This document shows positions 9,940 to 19,195 of a DNA stretch of 64,000 nucleotides, piece after piece. How positions within the stretch are numbered: the first letter of the stretch is position 1; each line of letters begins with the position of its first letter. The translations under genes and the position numbers were made by a program. This stretch comes from Candidatus Latescibacterota bacterium (lineage in GTDB: Bacteria; Latescibacterota; UBA2968), in the NCBI GenBank assembly GCA_965208125.1, contig OZ242320.1, positions 4,096,001 to 4,160,000 on the forward strand. Reading direction: 5' to 3'. The notes under the pieces were generated by a model, which saw only the letters and a list, made by a program, of their open reading frames with translations, was not told the DNA's origin and searched no databases.

Positions 9940-11255
9940 TGAAATTGTTGACTCCTTGTGTCTTCGATTCGAAGAGCATCCGTTATTTGCCCCTCCCTTT
10001 CAGCTCGAAAGCTTATAGATTTACCATCTTTAACTGTAAAAGTCACCGTGTAATACGGATCGGTAGAAAAAACAAAGGTGTGATTTCCTATGGCTCGAAG
10101 TGAACGACCACTTACTCTGAGTGTACCTTCTGCAACTGATACTGGGAATGGCACGGGTGCCATGGTCGAACACCACTTGTAAGTTCCCGTATAGATTTCG
10201 AGGTTATCTTCTGACACCTGGATTTCATCAATTACGATTTCAGGAATCCCCAACATCAGGCGTGAAATCTGACTTTCAAGTTGTGCCTGTGGCGCAGAGT
10301 TGAGATTGCACAATACAGTGACTGTAAGATCATCATCGGGGTAAGCAGATAATTGGGCACGAAATCCGTTTATGGTTCCGCCATGTTCAATTTTGCGATG
10401 TCCATTGAGATTGCTGATGAAAAAACCATATCCGTATGTAGTATGTTTTCCATTCCTTAAAAGACCTGGCTCAATCATCTTATTATAACTTTGTCGTGAT
10501 ATGAGTTGATTCTCGTTTAGTGCAGTCTGCCATTTCAGCAGGTCTAATATACTGGAACCCAATGAGCCGCCAGAGAATGGGTTATCCATGCCGATGGGGC
10601 GCGCCAAAACAAATTCATTATCCTTATGGTCATAACCCGTTGCAAAATTCTTGATAGGTTTGGTTTTTCCCAAATAGTGAGTGTCAAACATTTCCAAAGG
10701 TTGCCATACGTTCGCTTTGAGAAAGTCAGCATAGCTCATACCAGATACATTTTCGATTATCAAGCCCAGGAGGTAATACCCTGAGTTATTGTACTGGAAA
10801 TTTTCATCTGGTGAAAATTCGATGGGTTCTGATGAGAACAGACCAACGACCTCCTGCCGGGAAAGATCGCGTTCAGATATTTCCCAAAATCTCTCAATAT
10901 CTGTATAGCTTTTGATGCCCGATGTATGGTTGAGAAGCTGATCAATCGTGACTTTATGAGCTCTTTGGGGATAATTGGACAGATAGTCCAGCATAATATC
11001 ATTCAAATTCACCTTACCCTGTTCAACAAGAATCATGATAGCGAGAGCTGTAAACTGTTTCGTTATTGAGCCAATCCGGTAAACAGTATGTTCAGTAGCT
11101 TCTACTTTTTTGTTCAAATCTGCGTAGCCATATCCACGCGCAAGAATGATCTCATTATGGCGCATAACACCCACCGATGCCCCCACCAATTGGGTCTCAT
11201 TTATCGCATTTTCTATAATTGCATCAATCTGATCTTGAATGGTCATGTCTGGCAT
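9915..11255 (-). CDS. Serine hydrolase, beta-lactamase/PBP family
   Basis: SITK (SxxK), LLNHTSG, YNN (YxN), HGG. Confidence 0.9.
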   Translation of the reverse strand: MPDMTIQDQIDAIIENAINETQLVGASVGVMRHNEIILARGYGYADLNKKVEATEHTVYRIGSITKQFTALAIMILVEQGKVNLNDIMLDYLSNYPQRAHKVTIDQLLNHTSGIKSYTDIERFWEISERDLSRQEVVGLFSSEPIEFSPDENFQYNNSGYYLLGLIIENVSGMSYADFLKANVWQPLEMFDTHYLGKTKPIKNFATGYDHKDNEFVLARPIGMDNPFSGGSLGSSILDLLKWQTALNENQLISRQSYNKMIEPGLLRNGKHTTYGYGFFISNLNGHRKIEHGGTINGFRAQLSAYPDDDLTVTVLCNLNSAPQAQLESQISRLMLGIPEIVIDEIQVSEDNLEIYTGTYKWCSTMAPVPFPVSVAEGTLRVSGRSLRAIGNHTFVFSTDPYYTVTFTVKDGKSISFRAEREGQITDALRIEDTRSQQFQWHTTSHN

Positions 11256-11270
11256 GAATTCTCCATTTTT

Positions 11271-12077
11271 TTAATTCATACGACGAGTTCTTGCGACAAG
11301 AATCGGGGGGATCTCGCCAAAATTTGTCCAGGAGAGTGATCGTTTTTCATTGGGTTTTGATTCAAATACCGGTTCTTCTAAGCCATCGATCACAAACCCA
11401 GCGTCAAAGCAGCTTTGAAAAAGCTGACTCAATGATCTGTGAAAATAACGTGTGGGCACGGGCTGACCTTTTATCCCAATGCCACGATACGTGGTGGGGG
11501 TGATATAAGTTGAAGTTTTGATTGAGTGACGAACTTCGATTTCACCGTCACAGTCTTCTTCCTCAACCATTTTAACTGCCCCTGGTGATTGAAAACAAGG
11601 ATGTGCCAATGTGAAGACGAAACGTCCCTGCAATTTCAATATGGAACTTAAGGCGGCAAATAGGGGCTGGAGGGTGGCCATATCCATAAAAGCCTGGTTG
11701 CATACCACCGCGTCAAAATGATCTTCACCGAGACCGAGTAATTGGGTCCTATCAGTTGCATCGATGACTCGATATGTGATTCTGTCAGCTTGATTGGTCG
11801 TTCGCTTCCTGGCCTGAGTAACAAATGTCTTGCTAAAATCAATTGCCACAACTTCTGCACCTAATGTGGCAAGTCGCCGAGAGAAATTACCGTTCCCACA
11901 AGCAACATCCAGAACCACTTCTCCAGGCTTTATGGCAAGTAGCCTTTCGACGGTCGGCCGAATAAGCTGATTGTGAAAATGGTTGCCTTCTCCAATATAC
12001 TCATCCCAAAAGGCAGCATTCTGATCCCAAAACTCACGTGTTTCGGACGTTAGCTCTGGCCATTCTGAAGTAATCAT
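11271..12077 (-). CDS. Class I SAM-dependent methyltransferase
   Basis: VLDVACGNG; HPCF. Confidence 0.9.
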   Translation of the reverse strand: MITSEWPELTSETREFWDQNAAFWDEYIGEGNHFHNQLIRPTVERLLAIKPGEVVLDVACGNGNFSRRLATLGAEVVAIDFSKTFVTQARKRTTNQADRITYRVIDATDRTQLLGLGEDHFDAVVCNQAFMDMATLQPLFAALSSILKLQGRFVFTLAHPCFQSPGAVKMVEEEDCDGEIEVRHSIKTSTYITPTTYRGIGIKGQPVPTRYFHRSLSQLFQSCFDAGFVIDGLEEPVFESKPNEKRSLSWTNFGEIPPILVARTRRMN

Positions 12078-12100
12078 AGTTTATCCTTTTAGCTATCATT

Positions 12101-13225
12101 CTATTTCCCATTATCTGTCTCGCTGACCGCAGGCAACACATGACCAATCGCGATCCGGAACGCCTGATTGGCCCCAGACGAACTGTAGTTGCCTCCCGTA
12201 AAGACAATGACCAGAGACAACTCTGGGATGGCGAAAATGTACTGACCGCCGTTTCCTTCGGCCGCAAGAACGTCAACTGATCGCCCGCGGTATGGAAAAT
12301 GATCGAGCCACCAGCCAAACCCGTATCGGTCGTTGCTGTAATGCCCTTTCGCCGACTCGCTGATCCAGGCTGCCGATACAATCTGCCTACCGTGAAAACG
12401 CCCGTTATCCACATAGAGTTGGCCGATCTTCGCCATATCGCGCGGCCTGAGTCGTAAGCCAGCATGCGTTTGGGGCAAGCCATTTTTGGTGTACCACCAT
12501 TCTGAATGATCTATTCCGAGCGGAGCAAAGAGATATTTATCTGCGAATTTGTCCACCTGCATACCCGATGCCCGCTTAATTACGCCAGCGAGCAAGATGA
12601 AACAACCGCTGTTGTAGTTGAATCGTGAACCTGGTTCGTCCGACATCTCTCTGGAAAGCACATACTCTATAAAGTCGCTGGCGTTTTCCATCTGCGCTTC
12701 GGAATTGAGGGAACCCGGCTCAGAGTTATGTGCGCCAGATTGATCCCATTTGAATCCGGCGGTCATCGTCAGTAGATGCTTCAGGGTAATTCGCCCTTTC
12801 TCCTCCGTCAGGTGGTGGGCATACTCCGGAAAAAAACGAGCCATTGGCATATCCACAGAGTCAATATATCCATGATCGATGGCGATGCCGATTAGTGTAG
12901 ATGTGATGCTTTTGGAAACGGACCGTGTATCATGCAGGGTTTGCTCGCCGAACTCGACCACGCCCCTCGCACCATCTGTGCCGGTGTAATACGCTTCGAA
13001 TACCAGCTTGCCATTTCTGACGATCAGAAAACTGTGGATGTTCTCGTAAATCTGGCTGCGTATCTGGTTTGCAACCTGAACAATCGGTTCTGGATCGATC
13101 CCCTCCGCTTCAAGAGTTGATAAGGGCCATTCATCGGGCATGGTAGATTCTCTGGTTTCTTCCGCCATTGCGATGCTGGGAAGACAAACGAACCATAGGA
13201 ACAGGGCTATAGCTGGTTTCAACAT
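12101..13225 (-). CDS. Secreted serine hydrolase (beta-lactamase/NylB-like)
   Basis: Signal peptide from MLKPAIAL (13225); SVSK, LLTMTAG, YNS, AEGNGGQ. Confidence 0.87.
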   Translation of the reverse strand: MLKPAIALFLWFVCLPSIAMAEETRESTMPDEWPLSTLEAEGIDPEPIVQVANQIRSQIYENIHSFLIVRNGKLVFEAYYTGTDGARGVVEFGEQTLHDTRSVSKSITSTLIGIAIDHGYIDSVDMPMARFFPEYAHHLTEEKGRITLKHLLTMTAGFKWDQSGAHNSEPGSLNSEAQMENASDFIEYVLSREMSDEPGSRFNYNSGCFILLAGVIKRASGMQVDKFADKYLFAPLGIDHSEWWYTKNGLPQTHAGLRLRPRDMAKIGQLYVDNGRFHGRQIVSAAWISESAKGHYSNDRYGFGWWLDHFPYRGRSVDVLAAEGNGGQYIFAIPELSLVIVFTGGNYSSSGANQAFRIAIGHVLPAVSETDNGK

Positions 13226-13345
13226 GTGGAATCCTGCCGAGAGGCAGCGAAAGGCAGAGCAATCAGCAAACAAGAACAGCTCCAGAACCTGTCTAATATC
13301 CCGAATGCGATCACAGCAGTCACCTTCATGCAAAAAGTTCTCCTT

Positions 13346-13861
13346 TCAAATTTTCGGGAACATCAAGGATCTGGTGGACCAGTTCTTGACAAGAGTGTGG
13401 CTCTTGAGCCTCCTCGCAATGGCCAGCAGGACGACTGCTGCCAGAGTCGTCCTCCAAAAGGCGATTTGGTGTGGGTTGAGATTGACTGCCTTGCCGAAGG
13501 GGCTGATGAATCCATACAGAAGGGTCGCAACATGGAACTCGACAAGCGCACGCGAACTGCGTGTCATTTTTACCATTCGTACTACGACTCGCGTCCGCGG
13601 TTGTACGCTTTCCCGTTCTTTAGCGAGCTTGGCGCGCAAGACCTCCAGCATGGAATGAGAAGCATCCATCCCCGTGACATCAACGCCTTGTCGCGCCAGC
13701 GGCAGAGTAATTCTCCCGGTGCCGCAGCCGAATTCGAGGATCGGGCCACCGTACTCATCGGCTAGATCGAGGTAGAAATCCCTGTCCACCAGATCGTCTT
13801 TGACGCTGTATGCCGCGTCGTAATGCTTTGCTCCCCCCAAACTGTAGGAATCATCAATCAT
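13346..13861 (-). pseudogene. Chimeric stub: N-terminal half of a SAM methyltransferase fused in frame to the N-terminus of an EamA/DMT transporter
   Basis: ILEFGCGTGR..GMDAS ends ~13590; from 13567 MTRSSRALVEFHVATLLYG..FGK..IAFWRTTLA resembles a DMT first helix pair; both are truncated. Confidence 0.7.
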
Positions 13862-14247
13862 TGTTTGTTGCCTATCGTACTTGACCAACCACTGTCATAG
13901 GCCGCACGAAAATTCATAGGCGGTGATGTGACTGATATATAGATAAAGGGCTGGGTACCCGAGTTGATGAACCCATGAAGGTCACCGTCCTCGAATCGAA
14001 CGACGTCACCAGCGGCGAATTTTTCTGCCACCTCGTTTTCCAGAATCAAATTTCCGGAACCTTGTAAAGCTATCCAAATCTGTTCTGATGTTTTATGTCG
14101 ATGTGCAGGGTTTTTACCTCCAGGTGGGACGGTGACGTGTGTAATCGTGACCCTTTCCGAAGAGGAGTTCTCGGGAAATAGCAGTTGTCGAGATTCTATT
14201 CCAGAATTACAGAATACCTGAATGTCCGACGAGCGAATCAGCTCCAT
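13858..14247 (-). CDS. Cupin domain protein
   Basis: HRH..SEQ.W..LQGSG; GDVVRF..G..HG. Confidence 0.85.
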   Translation of the reverse strand: MELIRSSDIQVFCNSGIESRQLLFPENSSSERVTITHVTVPPGGKNPAHRHKTSEQIWIALQGSGNLILENEVAEKFAAGDVVRFEDGDLHGFINSGTQPFIYISVTSPPMNFRAAYDSGWSSTIGNKQ

Positions 14248-14330
14248 TTTGAATCCTCCTCAGCAGCTTTTTTGACTTTCAGTTTACTATCGTGCGGTGA
14301 AAACCTGCATATCTTTTAATTGTTGTCACC

Positions 14331-14370
14331 AAATTGTAAAGCCCACTACCATTTTGGGGCAGTGGGCGAT
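14331..14370 (-). terminator. Hairpin repeat copy 1, terminator-like on minus strand
   Basis: Minus GCCCACTGCC-loop-GGTAGTGGGC-TTTACAATTT; same as 18402-18440 apart from one indel. Confidence 0.6.
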
Positions 14371-14408
14371 TAGCGGTCTGCAGAACTTCTACATTGCCTC
14401 TTTTTTAT

Positions 14409-14594
14409 CTATACTGATGTCTTCTGAATTGAACTTTCAAAAAAGCGAAGGCGTTCTTCCATTGATGAATCTTTGGTCTGCAAATAATGCACTTGCCGAA
14501 TGAAGTGTATTTCCTGCATCATTTCATCATTCGGAAATTCCTTCCGAACATCCTCCCAAATCTTATCCCGCTCTGCCTGCGTCACTTTCCTCAT
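14409..14594 (-). CDS. Small protein, probable partner/antitoxin of the PIN protein
   Basis: GGAGG RBS then MRKVTQAERDKIWEDVRKEFP; directly downstream of the PIN gene. Confidence 0.6.
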   Translation of the reverse strand: MRKVTQAERDKIWEDVRKEFPNDEMMQEIHFIRQVHYLQTKDSSMEERLRFFESSIQKTSV

Positions 14595-14604
14595 AGATGA
14601 CCTC

Positions 14605-15060
14605 CTATAACTCCGGCGGAGCAATAATCTCTATCTGTCCATAGCCCTTCAACGCATTGATCAAATTAACCTCTCGCCGCGTGTTCACTTTTACCAGATG
14701 TGTGAAGTTCCAACTGCAAAAATACCCAATTCCATTGGTCACCGCAATAGCAACATGGTTGGCATCATCTATGTACTTTTCCGGAAAAACTTCTCTTCTG
14801 ACATATTCTTGAGCCAGAGCGTCGGCTTCTTCATTGAACACCAAAACATCGAAGTCCTTCACCAGGTTTTCTAATTGCCTTCTTCTTGCGGCATTTGGGG
14901 TACCACGAATTTCTAACAAGACAATGCTTGAAATAACAGCCTCAAAACCTGATAAAAGTAATTCCCAAAACTGAAGGGTCTGTCTCTGACGCTCTGGGGT
15001 TCTTGAATCGTAATATGCACTTGGAACAGTTGAATCCAGATAAACCTTCTGTTTTGCCAT
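14605..15060 (-). CDS. PIN-domain (VapC-like) ribonuclease
   Basis: VYLDSTV, IS..V..E, DDANHVAIA, SWNFTHL. Confidence 0.87.
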   Translation of the reverse strand: MAKQKVYLDSTVPSAYYDSRTPERQRQTLQFWELLLSGFEAVISSIVLLEIRGTPNAARRRQLENLVKDFDVLVFNEEADALAQEYVRREVFPEKYIDDANHVAIAVTNGIGYFCSWNFTHLVKVNTRREVNLINALKGYGQIEIIAPPEL

Positions 15061-15072
15061 GTGTAATCTCTA

Positions 15073-15711
15073 CTATGTATTTTCGACTCGAAAACCACTA
15101 ACGAATTCACGAATCACCCAAAGATGTTGATCTGGTTTATAAAGCGTTTGAATATATCCTGTATCCCCAAAAGAAAATTCAATTCCCTGACCACTGACTG
15201 GTGGCTGTGCACCAACTATGCATCGCAACGTGGCATTTAAAATACCTCCGTGTGCGACCACCAAGTAGCGCCCTTTTCCCAGTCGGATCACTTTCTCCAG
15301 CGCCCGTGCGGCTCGACAGTGAAATGCCCACGCACTCTCTCCAGCATCTGCACTTACAACATGGGGTTGAAAGGGATTATGAAAAGCAGGTAATGGATAT
15401 CTGGCTCTGGCGACCTGATGTGGCAGACCTGCAATCGGGCCATTATCCTTTTCCATCCAGTCTGCATCGAACTCGACCCCTACCCCCAGGATGTTATCTA
15501 CAATATGGGCTGTCTCGCAGGCTCGCTTTAATGGGCTTGCAATGATTCTGTCAAATTTTATCTTTCTTGCCTTCAGTTCCTGTGCTCGGGCTTCAGCTTG
15601 TTCACGACCCACGTCTGTAAGAGGTGAATCATATCGGCCCTCAATGACATTCTCGTCATCTGCTCGAGAGCGTCCGTGGCGCATGAACATAATCTTGATA
15701 TCATCATTCAT
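15073..15711 (-). CDS. Histidine phosphatase family protein
   Basis: RHG, SPLKRACETA, GES, VAHGG. Confidence 0.9.
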   Translation of the reverse strand: MNDDIKIMFMRHGRSRADDENVIEGRYDSPLTDVGREQAEARAQELKARKIKFDRIIASPLKRACETAHIVDNILGVGVEFDADWMEKDNGPIAGLPHQVARARYPLPAFHNPFQPHVVSADAGESAWAFHCRAARALEKVIRLGKGRYLVVAHGGILNATLRCIVGAQPPVSGQGIEFSFGDTGYIQTLYKPDQHLWVIREFVSGFRVENT

Positions 15712-15726
15712 AAAATAACTCCATCG

Positions 15727-15995
15727 TCAATCTTCACATACTCTTACAAGAATCTCCGCTGAGTCCGAGGTGTTCGTAGAACTCTTTGCCCAGCTGGTCC
15801 AGAGGCTTTCCATACACCGGCTCAAAGACACTAAGGTCAGTTTCTTTTTTTCCTTTCGCGCCACGCCATAGATCCCCAAATCGTTTCGTCCCGTACTGGT
15901 CAATGAGAAACCTGACAAAGGTGCCAGCGACCTTGGCCTGCGAAGTGTCCGTCGTTTTGCGGGGGAGTGGGGCTTTGGGATTTCTGGCGTCTGGT
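15727..15995 (-). pseudogene. C-terminal remnant of a peptidase-MA-like protein
   Basis: AGTFVRFLIDQYG..RF..LW...VF..VYGKPLDQL.KEF; the upstream part of the 15734-16192 ORF is shadow of the opposite-strand gene. Confidence 0.5.
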
Positions 15996-16064
15996 GGTTG
16001 GATTTTTCCTTTAATATACTGTGATATAGAGAGATCTACAATTCTAAGAATTCGGTGATTTTTC

Positions 16065-16631
16065 ATGGAGAGAGCTATGGCTGGATTTACTTTGGATACA
16101 CGCATACGCGCGAAACCTGATGATAGCATGGACACATTCGAAATTGCAACAAAAATAGTAGAATGGAACCCGGCGAAAGCCGCTGTTATCATCTGTGATA
16201 TGTGGGATACCCATCACTGCATTTCGACTGTCGAACGGGTCGCTGAAATGGCACCTCGTATGAATGAAGTCATAGCAGGTATCCGAAAAGAAGGTGCACT
16301 GATCATACACGCTCCCAGCAGTTGTATGGGATTCTACGACAAGACACCTCAACGCAAACGGGCCGAGGAAGCACCTTTTGTAGAGGCTTCTGTTGAATTC
16401 GGATGGAACGGGTGGGACCAACCCCGCGAGATTCGCCAACTCGTCTATCTGGGTAAGAAGCCATTGCTGTGCCGCGATCTGACGGACTCCCATCACTGTG
16501 ATCACGGAGGTCACTTCCAGGGCACGGATCTCATGCTCGAACATATCGAAAAGTACTGGTGCCCAACCGTTACAAGTGATCAACTGGTAGGAGGAGAAAC
16601 ATTCCGGTTTCGCGGTGACAAGCGTGAGTAG
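16065..16631 (+). pseudogene. Isochorismatase-like hydrolase with in-frame internal deletion
   Basis: IICDMWD.H.C and IIHAPS join directly to IRQL...RDLTD...HF.GT...HIEKYWCPT; the GVHxNMCVL catalytic segment of homologs is absent. Confidence 0.65.
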
Positions 16632-16646
16632 TACAACTTTATATCG

Positions 16647-18326
16647 TCAGGCTTTCCAGACTTTTGCCCACATAGCCCAGCAGGGATTATCATCATCCGG
16701 TGGAGGATGAATAAGCCCCTCCATTTGTAATTGCGGATTCAACCCCCAAAGTCCCTCGATTCCGGCTATTAAAGAGTCTGGTTGATTCTCTATAAGCCAG
16801 TCGAATCCCAATTCCTTCGCTACATTCGGTGCCTCGATCTGCCATTCATCTCGAGCTTCAGTCAATGCAGCCGATACAGGACGTAAGGCATCAGCGATTT
16901 TTTCTTTATCCTCTGGCGAAACAAACGGAAATCTGAGGTGGTAGCGCCCTTCAATTCGCGTTATGAAGCCCGCATTCATACACTCCGCGAGAACTTCCCT
17001 CCCCATTTCATTGGACAAGTCCGCCAGTATCTCTGTTTCAGTTTTTGGACCGTTAGCTAACTTCACTGCAATCGCAAATTCCCTCTCTTCCATGAGTCTT
17101 CCCGAACCAGGCCAATTCACTTTATAGTGTCTTCCCGAGCCATTATACTCGGTGAAAGCACGACTGCCTGTTCTTTCCGAAAAAGGGGAAGTCAGATCAT
17201 GGCCTGATAAATACCAGCGTCCACCATCGGGTCTAAGCGGTCCCATAAATCGATTTATTTCTTCTTTAGATAGTGGTTTGGGTTGGCCTGGAATTGGCGG
17301 CTGAGGCAACCATTCATACAGAACAATCCAGTGTATTTCATTCCAACCGAATCCCCATTGATTAAAAGAACAGTCATCAATCGCCTTTTTGATGGTAGCC
17401 AGATTCTTTTGTAACTCTTGAGTCACTTTTTTTACATATGGCTGGCATTGGTCTAAAAGGATTTGATCATCTGAAACTGTTGGAAAAAAGAAGTTTGCAA
17501 CATAATGGTTGGGCAATGCTTCTGCAATGATCTCCATTTTAAGCAACGATAACAAAGCGTCTATAACATAAGCTTCATCCGCATCGATTCGCTTGGCTAA
17601 TTCAAATGGCGTAAGAGGCGTTTTTCGACAGGCTACCAGTATGCGCTGATACAACAGGGTATTGTTTAACTCAAATGGGTTAGAAGAATCGCCAGAAAAA
17701 CTCCCTGAAATTTCGAAACGGGCAATGCGTTGCGGTTTCAATCGCGGCATTGGATTCAGTGTTTGCATTCCCAATATCTCCTTCCTCATTTGAATGCGGG
17801 CGTTGCGAAGTCGGTTTTTTATTGTATCTGTTGAAAGTTTAAGGAAGTCGCTGATCCTCCTGATTGGCCAATCTTCAAGATAGAACAATTCAACAATGCG
17901 TCTGGTGCGCTCGGTCAATGATTGAAGAGAATGATGGAGTAGAGAGGCCAGTTCTTTCTGATATAGGTATTGATCTGGAAGTATGGAGTGAGCAGAAATT
18001 GAGGGATCATTTCCTTCGGAGGAGATATAGAAATTCAATAATTTTGTGCGTCGCGTCTGTTTTTTCCGATGGCCTTGATATGTTCGATAGATAATGGCTC
18101 GAACCCAGGGAAGAAAACGCTGTGGGTCTCTTAGACTATCCAATGAGGCGTGCGCATAGAGTAACGCCTCCTGAACTATATCCCGAGCATCATCCCAGTT
18201 TCCTGTCAAACGATAAGCTGTTTGAAGCAATAGAGAACCATACCGGTCAACCAACGCACTAAATGCTTGCTGGTCACCTTGCACAGTTTTCTGAATAAGA
18301 ACCGTATCATTATCAGGTTGAGTCAT
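16647..18326 (-). CDS. ECF RNA polymerase sigma factor with long C-terminal extension
   Basis: GDQQAFSALVDRY, DARDIVQEA, LRDPQRFLPW, sigma4 TIKNRLRNAR, then ~370 extra residues. Confidence 0.88.
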   Translation of the reverse strand: MTQPDNDTVLIQKTVQGDQQAFSALVDRYGSLLLQTAYRLTGNWDDARDIVQEALLYAHASLDSLRDPQRFLPWVRAIIYRTYQGHRKKQTRRTKLLNFYISSEGNDPSISAHSILPDQYLYQKELASLLHHSLQSLTERTRRIVELFYLEDWPIRRISDFLKLSTDTIKNRLRNARIQMRKEILGMQTLNPMPRLKPQRIARFEISGSFSGDSSNPFELNNTLLYQRILVACRKTPLTPFELAKRIDADEAYVIDALLSLLKMEIIAEALPNHYVANFFFPTVSDDQILLDQCQPYVKKVTQELQKNLATIKKAIDDCSFNQWGFGWNEIHWIVLYEWLPQPPIPGQPKPLSKEEINRFMGPLRPDGGRWYLSGHDLTSPFSERTGSRAFTEYNGSGRHYKVNWPGSGRLMEEREFAIAVKLANGPKTETEILADLSNEMGREVLAECMNAGFITRIEGRYHLRFPFVSPEDKEKIADALRPVSAALTEARDEWQIEAPNVAKELGFDWLIENQPDSLIAGIEGLWGLNPQLQMEGLIHPPPDDDNPCWAMWAKVWKA

Positions 18327-18364
18327 TTGACAGGCTTTCAAAATTCAATTCTATGCGACGTTTT

Positions 18365-18402
18365 CATATATTAGAGGGCACGAATAAAAGGGTGGTGTAC
18401 AA
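18365..18402 (-). promoter_or_regulatory. Possible ECF-type autoregulated promoter
   Basis: Minus TGTACACC...CTCTAATATA upstream of the ECF gene, resembling TGTCAC/CGTCTA-type ECF promoters. Confidence 0.35.
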
Positions 18403-18440
18403 AATTGTAAAGCCCACTACCATTTGGGGCAGTGGGCGAT
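18402..18440 (-). terminator. Hairpin repeat copy 2, terminator-like
   Basis: Near-identical to 14331-14370. Confidence 0.6.
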
Positions 18441-18498
18441 GGTAGCCTACCTTTCCAGATAAATGAGGGCACCGATTGTGGTAAATGCGAAAGCCGAT

Positions 18499-19161
18499 CT
18501 ACAAGCCCTCTCTTTTGACAGCGAAGAAAAATGGGTGAACCTCTTCCGGCGCATTAGCACTTTTGGATCCTCCTCCTACGGTGCCTTCCTGTTCAATCTG
18601 AAACCCAGTTTCAGTGAGAAACTTCTTGTAGGTCGAGGGGCCAAAGTTGCTCCAGTACATGGTCCCGCCGAAGAAGTCATCTTCAGTATATCCAGGCCCA
18701 TCGTCGTACCTTGCAACCGTAAACAGCAGGAGGCCGCCGGGCCGAAGCCATTGTGCAAATCTACGAAAGAGGTCCTGGTGCTCTTGCCTCGGGATATGGA
18801 AGATGGCGTAAAAGCTGACAATTGCATCGAAGCTACCTGTAGGGAATTCGGTCTCCATTACGTCGGCTATGATGAATTCGGCTGCAGGGACATTTTTTTT
18901 AGCTAAAGCGATCATGTTAGAGGAGATGTCGATCCCAGTGAGGCTGAATGTCCCTGCAAGATGCCGTGCGACCGGGATACCAGCACCACACCCAACGTCA
19001 AGGACCTTGGAGCCAGGTATCAGATGTTTAGTTATCAAGTCGAGCTCCACTTCAGGCGTGGTACGCCTTTGCCCAGCGTAATCCCTCGCACACCGGTTAT
19101 AGGCAGTCCTTACCAGTTCCCGATAATCGGTTTCCGGATCGTTAGCAATCTTGAATGGCAT
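18499..19161 (-). CDS. Class I SAM-dependent methyltransferase
   Basis: VLDVGCGAG, FDAIVSFYAIFH, LRPGG. Confidence 0.9.
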   Translation of the reverse strand: MPFKIANDPETDYRELVRTAYNRCARDYAGQRRTTPEVELDLITKHLIPGSKVLDVGCGAGIPVARHLAGTFSLTGIDISSNMIALAKKNVPAAEFIIADVMETEFPTGSFDAIVSFYAIFHIPRQEHQDLFRRFAQWLRPGGLLLFTVARYDDGPGYTEDDFFGGTMYWSNFGPSTYKKFLTETGFQIEQEGTVGGGSKSANAPEEVHPFFFAVKREGL

Positions 19162-19195
19162 GGGTCTCCTTTGTGATCTAAGTTATGCGTTTCCT

